52,757 nucleotides of DNA from Bigelowiella natans CCMP2755 (taxonomy: Eukaryota; Protista; Cercozoa): positions 1-52,757 of the forward strand of contig ADNK01000416.1 of the NCBI GenBank assembly GCA_000320545.1. Reading direction: 5' to 3'. The position numbers were made by a program, and so were the translations under genes. Below, in pieces: positions 25,963 to 35,933 of the stretch. Under the pieces are notes generated by a model. The model was not told the DNA's origin. It did no database searches and saw only the letters and a program-made list of their open reading frames with translations. Every line of letters begins with the position of its first letter. Position 1 is the first letter of the stretch.

Positions 25963-26330
25963 TATGACCCATAAAGGTGGCTAATACCCTGCTCGAGTTT
26001 CTATCATGTATATATATATACGCAGGATTGCTTGATTCGTGGACGAGTGCATATGATGTTGGATCTATTTTGATGATGGTGACGATGACGATGACGATGA
26101 TGATGATGATGATGATGATGATAATGGACGCCCTAGCCGTCGCCGTAGGTCTTGAACGGAGACGACAAGTGCTTGACCTGCTTCAGCTTCGCAACGTCTT
26201 CTTCGATAATCCAACCGCTCAAATGCAGAATCGCTTGGTCATAATGCTCCGACTGATCACAACCCAATCGGTAAAAGGAGGGATGATTGTGAGAATCGAT
26301 GAGGCCAAACATTCTTACGATAACACACAA

Positions 26331-26390
<60 letters not shown>

Positions 26391-26523
26391 TATTATTCGG
26401 AGTCATGAATTGAGATCTGGCTTTGACCGAAATCACCCAGAGACTAGGCGGCCAACGTGTGTTGTATGATCACCATATTTATCATCTTTTGTAGTGCCAT
26501 CAATGCTATTCCTAGACATTTCA

Positions 26524-26561
<38 letters not shown>

Positions 26562-27349
26562 CACATCTTGTCTAAATAGGAGAGAACTCGTACCCTGAAA
26601 ACTACATCATTTGGCCTCGCCCATCCAACAATCCAGCTGCTCTTGTTCGGTGTCATCCTTTACCCAACGTTGTACGGAGTGAATATGTGCTTATTATCAT
26701 GCTTCATAGCACCATATATACATTTTATATAGTAAATCAAAAAAAGGAGATAGACAGCTGAAAACTACTACCCCCCCCCCCCCCCCTCCCTTTTTTAGTA
26801 GCATGGCACCTGATTGCAATCGGAGCACCAACGACTCTGTAGAATCGTCCAACTTTACCGTGCGATCGCTCCCTAGTATCATACCCCCCCCCCCCCCAAA
26901 AAATTGACAAAAGTATATATGTTAAAGAAAAAGGTAATTTGTGCGAAATTATAACCGATTTCTAATTTTAAAACGAAATCCAACAAACACAAACATACGG
27001 TGACGACCACCCCTCCTGCCCCCCCCCCCTTCGTTTGTTTCCCTGTATATAATTTTGAGTGGCAATAACGTAGGAAGGTAGGTATAAACGATGCGCCAAT
27101 ACCGTTTGTAGAGGCCCCAAAACATCGGAGAAACCATTCGAATCTGATAATCGTATGATGAGGGAAAACATGATAAGGCGCGATGCCGCCGTAGAGTTTA
27201 TATACACAAGTGCATGTGATAGATCATATTGCGTTGAGGTCTCATCAGCGGGAGCAAGGTTGGGAGAGAAATTGAGGGAAATATTCGTACGTCGTTAATG
27301 CGGCGGAGATTTCTTCCAAAGACGCGCACCTAATAATATTATAAATATG

Positions 27350-27398
<49 letters not shown>

Positions 27399-28809
27399 CA
27401 TTTAATTTATACATGCTTGTTGTCACAGGCACCATCATCATCATCATCATCGTCGTCATGATCAACATCAACGTCATCTTCATCATCATCATCATCAGGA
27501 TTCATCAACCACCCTTTTGTCCAAAAAGTCTTCTAAGTATTTCCCAACTCCCTACAAAACAGAGGGAGGGGGTATTTGGAGAGTGCTAGTGAGCGTGCGA
27601 AGAAGAAGAAGAAGAAGAAGAAGAAGAAGACGTCACCAAGAATGGAAAAACCGTATGACTCTTTAACGTGGCAAGCAAACACGCGCGTGCGCGCGCGCGT
27701 GAAATAGGCGATAAAACTCATGATTCTTGTCTGTCTAAATGACGATGAGCACCCATAATCACTGTTTTTGTTTTTTTTGTTGTTGTTGTTGTTGTTGTTG
27801 TCATCTTCGTCATGATTTGTAGCACAAATCACCTTAAACTGATCGCGGATAAGATGTATCCAGATCTTCGAATGAGGAGGGATTGCTACAGAGCAGCGTG
27901 AATCAATGAAGGAAAAGAACACGGCACACCAATCAGTCGAGGAGGAGGAGGAGGAGGAGGAGGAGGAGGAGGAGATCATACATCTTGATGTTTCGGGAAA
28001 AAAAAAAAAGCCTTTGCTTGTATTGGTGGGATTGCGTGTGAGTTTTGTGTATAATGTGAGGCATATGATCAGCACCCCCGAGTCCCGCGGCCGGAGAGGA
28101 AGCTGGATTTGTTAAGTTTTTCATGATAACTCCTGAATAGTTCACAATGATTGCACACTTGCATCATCTTCAAAGCGGCACCGGGGTAGCCATAACAACA
28201 TATCAAGCTCTGAGCGTGCTGATAACACCGATTATGTTTTATTTGTTCCGCGTATCACCGAGTAGCAGCTCAAGAGTTCATCAGTATTATTTTTTTTTTT
28301 AAATTTGGAATGCAGATACATGTAATACTTTACAGTTGCAATTCTTCCATTGCTACCCGCTGCTGTGTCTTCTTAATGCTTGTACACACACACACACACA
28401 CACACACAGGCCACGTGCGCACAGTATTAGAGATTAGGGGTGCGGGGTGGGGGAAGTACCGCATCTGCCGTTGAATTGCGGAGTTTGCTTAAGACCGTGA
28501 ATCTAGATGATAATGAAATGGCAGTAGATAGGAGTGAGTTCGTCAGTTATTGACCCGAAAAAATTAAGCTAAGGCTGCGCTTAACATGCCTGCACGCAAT
28601 CTCCAGGGGCGAAGATCGAGTCGTCAATTTCAGGTTGATTCTCTTCGACACTCGCATGAACTTGATCACTGTTGCCACCCTTAGTACTAGGGTGCTGTCT
28701 TGTTTTCGTAACTTGATCAACTGCGGGAGAGTTACTGCTGCTTTCTCCTGCAGCGCGGATAATGAAGAGTGTGTCAGCTTTAAAATATTCATTAGATGCA
28801 TGCCTGCAT

Positions 28810-28857
<48 letters not shown>

Positions 28858-29083
28858 ATTTAATATTCTCTTCTTATATCAAACAAGTACTGTTTTTAAT
28901 ATCTACCATCGGATCTGTTGTTATATAATGTTCTCTTTTGACATTTTCAATATTCACCTGCTGGTACATCCTGACTGTTATTGTCGTCATTTCCTGGTGG
29001 TCTCACCGTATGAAAATCATCTATCGCTCGCTGGCCCTGATAGAATATTGGAGAGGAGGAGGGAGGGGGCATAATTGTGTTAG

Positions 29084-29128
<45 letters not shown>

Positions 29129-29700
29129 GTGCACATAGATTTCATGCATTACTATCCTTATCATCATCATCATGATTAAAGTTCTTATCTTGGACCAGCT
29201 CAGACTCTCGTTTCCACTTGAAAATGATATCCCTTCTGCAATGGCGACGACGATAATGATTGGATTGGTTGAACACACTTCTTCATTTATGCATTTCACG
29301 GATGTATGCATTATATCGTACATTCGTATACTCCGTGATTGTTGTTCACCAATGTATGCGCGCACGTGTTAAGGCTGGTTTACCTTAGCGGCCGATAGAA
29401 TTCGGGGAGACACTAAAACATTGTTTTCACACACACGCACACACACACATAAACATAAACATAAACACAGACACAAACACGCAGACACAAAGATCAAACG
29501 CACTCATGGACTTCCACTTCCACCACGGCCACAGCATAAAAGAATGGCATTTTGTGTGAAATTTGAGAGATTGAACAGCACCTGGCGAGATTCGTCTCTC
29601 CTCTTCATGCCCCCATGACCTTCTCGATCTGCCGCCCCTGTCACCGGCTCAGGTTCCCGTTTCATGAAATCTGCACAGGACCATGGACATGGAGGTTGAG
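25963..29700 (-). CDS. Multi-exon hypothetical protein containing a KOW-like GDxVxIxGLxxxPxFNG motif
   Basis: Exons ..IDDSIFAPGDCVQ|IHGLKQTPQFNGRCG (the join needs a GC donor), VRVFGRNLRRIND, TPNKSSWIVGWARPNDVVFR and YDQAILHLSGWIIEEDVAKLKQ. Both ends uncertain. Confidence 0.5.
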
Positions 29701-30218
29701 CGTGCGTTGGTGATAAATAACACGGGGCTGCTAACACGTCACACGATGTTTTACATCAAATTGGGAAGTAGCACGCTGCTCTTCCAGACTCTTGTGATGC
29801 TCTTCCAGACTCTTGTGTCAGTCGTCGGCTGCTGCACGCTTGTGCTTGCTGTCCTGCAGAGCAGACAACAAAGCACTTTTACGCGGAGAATGCCGTAAAA
29901 TCATTGTCGCACGTCTATAATCCCCATCCAACGTAATCTAATCATCATCGCGGAGTTAAATGCCGTGAAACCATTGTCGCGCATCCACAGACCCCTAGTG
30001 GTTGTCCATCTTCTGTGGGTGTGGAGTGTGGAGTGGCGGTGTTTCACAACATGCAACACGTGCAATCCTCTCAGCTGCACAGCACCATTGCAAGATTGGT
30101 GTCTCTTCCCGACTTCCTTCCTTCCTTCCTTCCTTCCCTCATTCCTACTTTCATTCATTGTGGTGTTCATTCACTCATTCCTTCATCCAGCTGCACTCGG
30201 CTAGCTAGCTAGTCGGCA

Positions 30219-30544
30219 TGTTGCGCGTAAGGTGTTCACAGGCCGAGGCGCTACGTGCACAAGTAGGCAGGGGGGGGGAAAGGCACGTTTGCTTCCTTTT
30301 GAAGAGTTGTGTTTATTTTTATTAAAGATTATATTTTTATTAAATCGTGCACTGCGTAATCATTCGCGAAGCTTTCGCGAATGCCGCCGCACGTGGGGCA
30401 GCACACTTCCGGTGTGCTGCCATGAGTCCCGCCGGAACCCACGTGCCTATGCTGTATTAATATCTACGTTATCTATATTCTATATCCGCGACAACCCCTT
30501 TGTTGTCGCACGTGACTTGTGCCCGCGTAGTGGTACGCGCTACA
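30219..30544 (-). repeat. 3' LTR (326 bp)
   Basis: TGTTGCGCGTA...TACGCGCTACA (10/11 terminal inverted repeat). No mismatch to 35608-35933 seen by eye. Confidence 0.97.
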
Positions 30545-30552
30545 CCTCCCCC
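30545..30552 (-). promoter_or_regulatory. Polypurine tract (GGGGGAGG)
   Basis: Directly abuts the 3' LTR on the minus strand. Confidence 0.85.
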
Positions 30553-30595
30553 AAGTCACGTTGCTCCTTCCTTCCTTCCTTATTCCCTTAGACCT

Positions 30596-31045
30596 TCATC
30601 GCTTTCGGAACTTCACCAACCACCAGGTAATAGATTCCTCTCTAACCTTATCTCCTTTGTCGCTTACCCAGAACTCACCTTCGTCCTTAGGTTCGTGTCC
30701 ATACCAGCCCTCTGCATCAAGGTCCCCCAGGACCTTATACCAGTGCTCAAAGGGTAAGTCGGGAACAGCTAGGTAGAGTAGCTGATATTTTCCGTCCTTT
30801 ATTTTCATAGCTACCCTCTCCATATTTCGTAATCCAGGGTAGCCTAGATAGACAATCTTCATGCGCCAATCGTCGTTCACCCTGACCTTATTGTTTCCAT
30901 ATTCCACATCGAACTTAGGTCGGGGTCCTAAACAAGGCATTGCTCGCTCCCACACAGTAGGGTTTACTTTAACATCCTCTAGGAGCTTCTCACCGATATC
31001 ATAATTCTTTAGGTGACTGATGTGGCGCAGGTGACCCTGTTCCCA
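30596..31045 (-). CDS. Frameshifted C-terminal continuation of the integrase (149 codons)
   Basis: The -1 frame is open from 31045 to 30596 and begins ..LRHISHLKNY.., the canonical end of a Gypsy integrase GPY/F module. It overlaps the main ORF by 37 nt. Confidence 0.8.
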   Translation of the reverse strand, partial: WEQGHLRHISHLKNYDIGEKLLEDVKVNPTVWERAMPCLGPRPKFDVEYGNNKVRVNDDWRMKIVYLGYPGLRNMERVAMKIKDGKYQLLYLAVPDLPFEHWYKVLGDLDAEGWYGHEPKDEGEFWVSDKGDKVREESITWWLVKFRKR

Positions 31046-34000
31046 TCATAGATGTAGTACTGCTTCCTCCCCTTCCTCTCGGTAACCTTTGCAACGCCAC
31101 CCCAGAAGGGGTCTTGTTTATTTCTCGATCTCAGATTTACCTTGGCCCTAACATACTGTCCTTCCTTTAGAACTCGGCCATCGTACGGGACCTTCTCGTC
31201 TTCGCTCTCGGTATCGTCGTCGTTGTCGTCGCCTTCTTCCCTCTCCTTATCCTTGATACCTCCCCCAGACGTGAAGGTGTCGTTTACTAACCCTTGTATC
31301 TTGTCTGGTGTGGTGCTATTTATCCTGCTTAGGTTGGCCAAGGTGCGGTGGAGTCGCTCTACCTTGGAGTTGGACTGGGCATAGTATACAGGTGAGGCAT
31401 CAATATTAGGGTGTGGTAGCTGTAGAAGAGAGGTCTCATTATCCACATGTAACTTCTTTGGTATCTTGTTTATGCTAACTTCATCAGGGATAGCCTGGAG
31501 CTCAGACTCCCAGGTACGGTAGCAGTTAGTAAGCCTCTGCTTATATAAGCCTTTGTTCTTCTTAGCAACGTTGACCTTGATAATCTTTTTAACCCAGCAC
31601 TTTCCAGTGGCCACATCAACGAAGGTAAGGTAGTGATAGCCATCGTACTTATAAACATCAATTTGCACGATATCTAAGAAGTTCCTTGCTTTGATTTTCT
31701 TAGATGCACGGCTCTTGCTGGACTCCTTGGTGGCGACGCCTGCCGCCTTCAAGCTGGAGCACCTGCAGCCACGCAGGTATGTCCTTATCTCTTTTAGCTT
31801 GTAGGGCCAGTAGTAATGGTAGAGTAGAGCAGTGATATGGTTTTCTCCTACGTGTGCAGGTCCATGGGCGGTAAAGAGAAGGGCTCCCCTGGTCCGCCGT
31901 GGCACGTAGGTACGCCTAACATTATTAGTGTATACATATATCCTATCACTAAGTACCTCATGCTTGTGTTTGTATTTATCCAGGTGTTCTTGAAGGTGCT
32001 GGAGCTCCTCTGGCTCAGGCAGGAAGTCGCCGTCCTCGAAGGTAATCGCGTTAACCATAGGGGTGACCTGGGTAGGGACTTTCTTTTCGAACAGCCTGCT
32101 GAAATAGTCAGCAAGCTGCTTGTCTCCTGGTGCGTAGACCACTGTCCTCTTGTCCCTAAACTCTTCCGTGTCCGCCCTCATAGCTGCATACTCATCGTTA
32201 GGCGCTTCGAGCTTGCGGTCGATGCCTAGGAGGGGCTTGTGGTCAGTCATTAAGGTGAAGCTGGGCACCGACAGCAGGTAGTATCTTAGTTTCCTCTGCG
32301 CCTCAGTCATGGCTTTATACTCTCCTTTTGTAGGGCTGTACTTGGCCTCAGCTGCTGTGCAGGCCCTGCCCCACACCCGTATGATCTGCTGGTCTTGGGT
32401 AAGTACAGCAGCCATACCTAGCTTAGACCAGTCTGTCCATAGGGTAGCTGGTCTAGTAGTGTCTAGCTTAGCATTCAATAGGGTGTTGCTGCATAACTTT
32501 ATTAGGTTATCGAAGTGGGCATCAAGGCCAGCCTTGGCCCACACCTTAGCGAAGCTGAGGCCTACAGAGTTCTCCTTCCGGTAAGCAGTAGTAAAAGCAG
32601 CTGCAGTCCTAGCGTAGGTAGGGGAGAACCTACGTAGTATCCAAGCTGCAGTCTGCAAGAATGACTTTAACTCCTTTGCATTCTTAGGTTTAGGGGCTTG
32701 CTGTAGTGCTGCTACTTTCTCGGGGTTTGGGGTGATGCGGCCTTGCTCCAGGTAATATCCACACCACTTGATTCTTGTAGCTAGGAATGTACACTTCTGC
32801 AGTCTAATAGTAAAACCGAAGTGTGCAAACCTAATAAATATATTTTCCAGGAGGAAGATCTGAGCGACGACTGTGTTGGTACATATTATGTCATCATCCA
32901 CATACACAAACACAAACACCCACAACACAGACGCCATCCCATCATGTGTGTATGCCCTGTAGTTCTGACTACTGAACGCATCCCCTGATATGCTTAGGCC
33001 GTAAGGGAATACGACGAAGTGCCACTTCCTGTGCCTGCTGGAGAACGCGGTAATGGGGCGGGAGGTTTTGTGGATGGGTGTCTGCATGTATGATTCATTT
33101 TTATCTAGGGAAGAGTAGTATTTGTATCCTATGACGTGTTCAATAACGTCATCTATCCTTGGTGTAGGTGTCTGGATCCTCTTTATTACTCGGTTGTGGC
33201 GGATGAAGTTGTGCGCCAGGCGGAAGAAAGGGTAAGTAGGTTTCTTAGCTAGCACATGTCTCACGTTCCATGGTGAGTTGCTTGGCTCTATCTTCCCTTC
33301 CTTTGCCCATTCATTGATCTGCCACTCTATCTTTTCCCAGTCCGCTTCCGGTCGCCTATGTTCTGGGTCATTGATGATGCACTCTTCGTATCCCTTCTTT
33401 AGCTCGATCTTTACTGGGGTAAGCTTGCTGGAGGGCTTCGTCGTCGGCTTGGTGATGTCAGAGTACTTCTCGTTTAATATTTTATTAATGTACTTTTTGC
33501 CTTTGTCGATATCCCAATCATCAGCTGGGGGGGTCTTGTCCAGTAGCTCCGTTATCTGTCGGATGGTCTTGCCGGGGTTCTTCTTCCGTAGCTCGGTAGG
33601 TGTAGGTAGCTTGTTGTCCGCTAGGTCCATAAACTCTAACGCATTAACGCTTGACTCAGAGGTCCACTCGTCAAGCCGTATCATGTTCTGGCTGATGGTC
33701 CTGCCTGACTTCTTTGGCAACTTAGCAAAGTATATCTTGTGATTGTAGAATGATATGATCCCCCCTAATTTTTCTAGGGCATCCTGTCCGAGGAGTAGTT
33801 CCATGGATAAAGTCATGGCTACTCGGGTCTTGATTTGGGTCTCCGCGTCGCTGCCAGGTATCTGTAGCTTTAGCATTAGCTCACCGACGGTCTTCATGGA
33901 AGAGCTTCCGTCTGCTTGAGCATATTTACGTTCTTTCTTAGTCACTTGATCCAATAGTCCTAACCTTCTTACTGTGCTTAGGCTTATGAAGGACTTCGGC

Positions 34001-35568
34001 ATGCTGCCACTATCCCAAAGGGCAGGTAGTTTCTTGTAGTCTCCGTAGCTGTCTTTAACTTTAACCTTGGTCATAGCAACTTTGATAGTCCTGTTAGCGT
34101 CTTCGTCATTAATGTTGCATACTCCTAAGTTCTTTATGTCGTCTAGGGTCATGGGCTTGTCTTGGTCCTGCGTTGCTGGTACTGCTGTCTTCGTCGGCGC
34201 CTGCTTAAGGTGATCTAATATTCCGTTTATCTGCTGCTGTATAGCATTGATACTGTTCTGCTTTTTGTTCTTATATTTATTGTTCTTCCCGTTGTTGCTG
34301 CCTTGCCATTTGCTGTTGTTATATCCTTGTCCTCTGCCTTTCTTTCTCTTTAACTTCTCGTAGTGTTCGTTGAGCTGCCTGATCGTCATCCTGGGTCGTC
34401 CTTCTTTCCTGTCTCTGCAGTCTTTAGCGGTGTGTTTCCCTTTACGTGAGCAGTATCCGCAACGTCGGTTACCTTCCCTGTCCTTGTACCAGTCTCGCTG
34501 CGGCTTAATAGCGTTAATGTTTCCTATGCCAGGTACCTTAGGGCTGGTAAACTTGCGGTCCTGCTCCTGCTCGCGTAGGGATATAGCCTGCACTGCTGCC
34601 TCCATCGTGGTGTAGCCTTTCTCCGTAACGTAAGTGGATTCCTTTATCTTTAACTTGAACTCTTCAAACCTTGCCTGATCATCACCTGTGTTGTAATTAA
34701 AATCATGTAGTTCGTCGATCATATCCTGGAAGCGCGTGGCAAAGTCTCTAACAGGTTCTCTCTCATGCTGCATCATTGCTCTGTATTTTCTAATAGCCTG
34801 GGGTAGGGAGTTAGCATCCTGTTCATTTACAAAAGCCTTCATTATCGCCTCAACGTCTCGTAGCCCACTAACTGTAGTGTGTATTTTCTCTAGCTGCCTG
34901 ATCCGGGTCCTGCCTGTCTCGTAAAGGTCCATGGCTTGCTTTATTATAGCTAGCCATTTGAGCTTGTCGTTTTCGGTGGGGTTAGGGGTAAAGTCGCAGA
35001 GTATACTCCTAGCGTTCTTCCACCACCTCCTTGCCTCACCTCTTTTCCCGTTGTATTTCGTTATCATAACCGGTGCTGTTTTAACAGACATGAACTGGGT
35101 GTTCCGCTGTACCGGCTGCTGCTGCTTGACGGTGCTCTGGGTCGTCCCCCGCGAGGCGCCCAGACCCCCGTCGTTCCTAAACAAAGCTGCCCACTCTGGA
35201 GGTAAGTCTGCTTCGTAATCCATGATGTCCTGCATGATAGCTGCCCAAACATCATGTGTCTGATACTTGTATTCTATCGATACTTTCAGTTTGGCGTAGT
35301 TGCTCGCCCTGGGTCGCAAGGCTCGTAATGCCATTACGACCTTCTTGCTTTCGGCGGCCACGTCCTCGTCGTCCGCCTCGTAGAAGTTCTCCAGTGCCTC
35401 TGCTGCTGCATCTGCTTTCTTAATCCCGGGTGCTGGTCCCGGCGGTGCCTGTGGAGGTGTTCCTCCTCCTTCCTTAGCGTCCGTATCGCCCTTCCTTTCC
35501 TGTTTCTGCTCGTGCCCTTGCACGGCCTGCGAGCCAAAGTCCTGCTGTTCTTCTAGCTGCTGTGACAT
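31009..35568 (-). CDS. Gag-Pol polyprotein (1519 aa): Gag with Zn knuckle, aspartic protease, reverse transcriptase, RNase H, integrase
   Basis: Knuckle CGYCSRKGKHTAKDC; protease LWDSGS; RT SLDKNESY, FPYGL and YVDD; RNase H WTDWS, KGEYKA, MTDHKPL and ADYFSR; integrase HGPAH..CRC, VQIDV, HVDNE, SNSKVER. The order PR-RT-RH-IN is Gypsy-type. Confidence 0.97.
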   Translation of the reverse strand: MSQQLEEQQDFGSQAVQGHEQKQERKGDTDAKEGGGTPPQAPPGPAPGIKKADAAAEALENFYEADDEDVAAESKKVVMALRALRPRASNYAKLKVSIEYKYQTHDVWAAIMQDIMDYEADLPPEWAALFRNDGGLGASRGTTQSTVKQQQPVQRNTQFMSVKTAPVMITKYNGKRGEARRWWKNARSILCDFTPNPTENDKLKWLAIIKQAMDLYETGRTRIRQLEKIHTTVSGLRDVEAIMKAFVNEQDANSLPQAIRKYRAMMQHEREPVRDFATRFQDMIDELHDFNYNTGDDQARFEEFKLKIKESTYVTEKGYTTMEAAVQAISLREQEQDRKFTSPKVPGIGNINAIKPQRDWYKDREGNRRCGYCSRKGKHTAKDCRDRKEGRPRMTIRQLNEHYEKLKRKKGRGQGYNNSKWQGSNNGKNNKYKNKKQNSINAIQQQINGILDHLKQAPTKTAVPATQDQDKPMTLDDIKNLGVCNINDEDANRTIKVAMTKVKVKDSYGDYKKLPALWDSGSMPKSFISLSTVRRLGLLDQVTKKERKYAQADGSSSMKTVGELMLKLQIPGSDAETQIKTRVAMTLSMELLLGQDALEKLGGIISFYNHKIYFAKLPKKSGRTISQNMIRLDEWTSESSVNALEFMDLADNKLPTPTELRKKNPGKTIRQITELLDKTPPADDWDIDKGKKYINKILNEKYSDITKPTTKPSSKLTPVKIELKKGYEECIINDPEHRRPEADWEKIEWQINEWAKEGKIEPSNSPWNVRHVLAKKPTYPFFRLAHNFIRHNRVIKRIQTPTPRIDDVIEHVIGYKYYSSLDKNESYMQTPIHKTSRPITAFSSRHRKWHFVVFPYGLSISGDAFSSQNYRAYTHDGMASVLWVFVFVYVDDDIICTNTVVAQIFLLENIFIRFAHFGFTIRLQKCTFLATRIKWCGYYLEQGRITPNPEKVAALQQAPKPKNAKELKSFLQTAAWILRRFSPTYARTAAAFTTAYRKENSVGLSFAKVWAKAGLDAHFDNLIKLCSNTLLNAKLDTTRPATLWTDWSKLGMAAVLTQDQQIIRVWGRACTAAEAKYSPTKGEYKAMTEAQRKLRYYLLSVPSFTLMTDHKPLLGIDRKLEAPNDEYAAMRADTEEFRDKRTVVYAPGDKQLADYFSRLFEKKVPTQVTPMVNAITFEDGDFLPEPEELQHLQEHLDKYKHKHEVLSDRIYVYTNNVRRTYVPRRTRGALLFTAHGPAHVGENHITALLYHYYWPYKLKEIRTYLRGCRCSSLKAAGVATKESSKSRASKKIKARNFLDIVQIDVYKYDGYHYLTFVDVATGKCWVKKIIKVNVAKKNKGLYKQRLTNCYRTWESELQAIPDEVSINKIPKKLHVDNETSLLQLPHPNIDASPVYYAQSNSKVERLHRTLANLSRINSTTPDKIQGLVNDTFTSGGGIKDKEREEGDDNDDDTESEDEKVPYDGRVLKEGQYVRAKVNLRSRNKQDPFWGGVAKVTERKGRKQYYIYDGNRVTCATSVT

Positions 35569-35585
35569 TGTTAGTCAAATCGTTT

Positions 35586-35602
35586 CCCGTGTGTGGAAGC
35601 CA
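35586..35602 (-). promoter_or_regulatory. Putative primer-binding site TGGCTTCCACACACGGG
   Basis: Starts with TGG, 5 nt inside the 5' LTR; complementary to a tRNA ending ..GGAAGCCA. Confidence 0.7.
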
Positions 35603-35607
35603 AAGGT

Positions 35608-35933
35608 TGTTGCGCGTAAGGTGTTCACAGGCCGAGGCGCTACGTGCACAAGTAGGCAGGGGGGGGGAAAGGCACGTTTGCTTCCTTTTGAAGAGTTGTG
35701 TTTATTTTTATTAAAGATTATATTTTTATTAAATCGTGCACTGCGTAATCATTCGCGAAGCTTTCGCGAATGCCGCCGCACGTGGGGCAGCACACTTCCG
35801 GTGTGCTGCCATGAGTCCCGCCGGAACCCACGTGCCTATGCTGTATTAATATCTACGTTATCTATATTCTATATCCGCGACAACCCCTTTGTTGTCGCAC
35901 GTGACTTGTGCCCGCGTAGTGGTACGCGCTACA
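35608..35933 (-). repeat. 5' LTR (326 bp)
   Basis: Same length and, by eye, same sequence as 30219-30544. Confidence 0.97.

Larger units (their letters stand above)
30219..35933 (-). mobile_element. Full-length Ty3/Gypsy (Metaviridae) LTR retrotransposon, 5715 bp
   Basis: Two 326-bp TG...CA LTRs, flanked on both sides by GGCA (30215-30218 and 35934-35937). Single Gag-PR-RT-RNaseH-IN ORF, PBS and PPT present. Confidence 0.97.

Noticed and set aside
29683-29898. 71-aa plus-strand ORF that would make island E convergent
   Set aside because: No homology, partly formed by a 21-bp duplication, and it overlaps possible minus-strand exons; not supportable without expression data.
30596-30955. ORF before the 3' LTR as an env-like gene
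   Set aside because: No signal peptide or transmembrane segment; its upstream extension is the integrase GPY/F end.
31142-35537. Short alternative-frame and antisense ORFs within the retrotransposon
   Set aside because: Expected shadows of the long Gag-Pol frame; no independent motifs.
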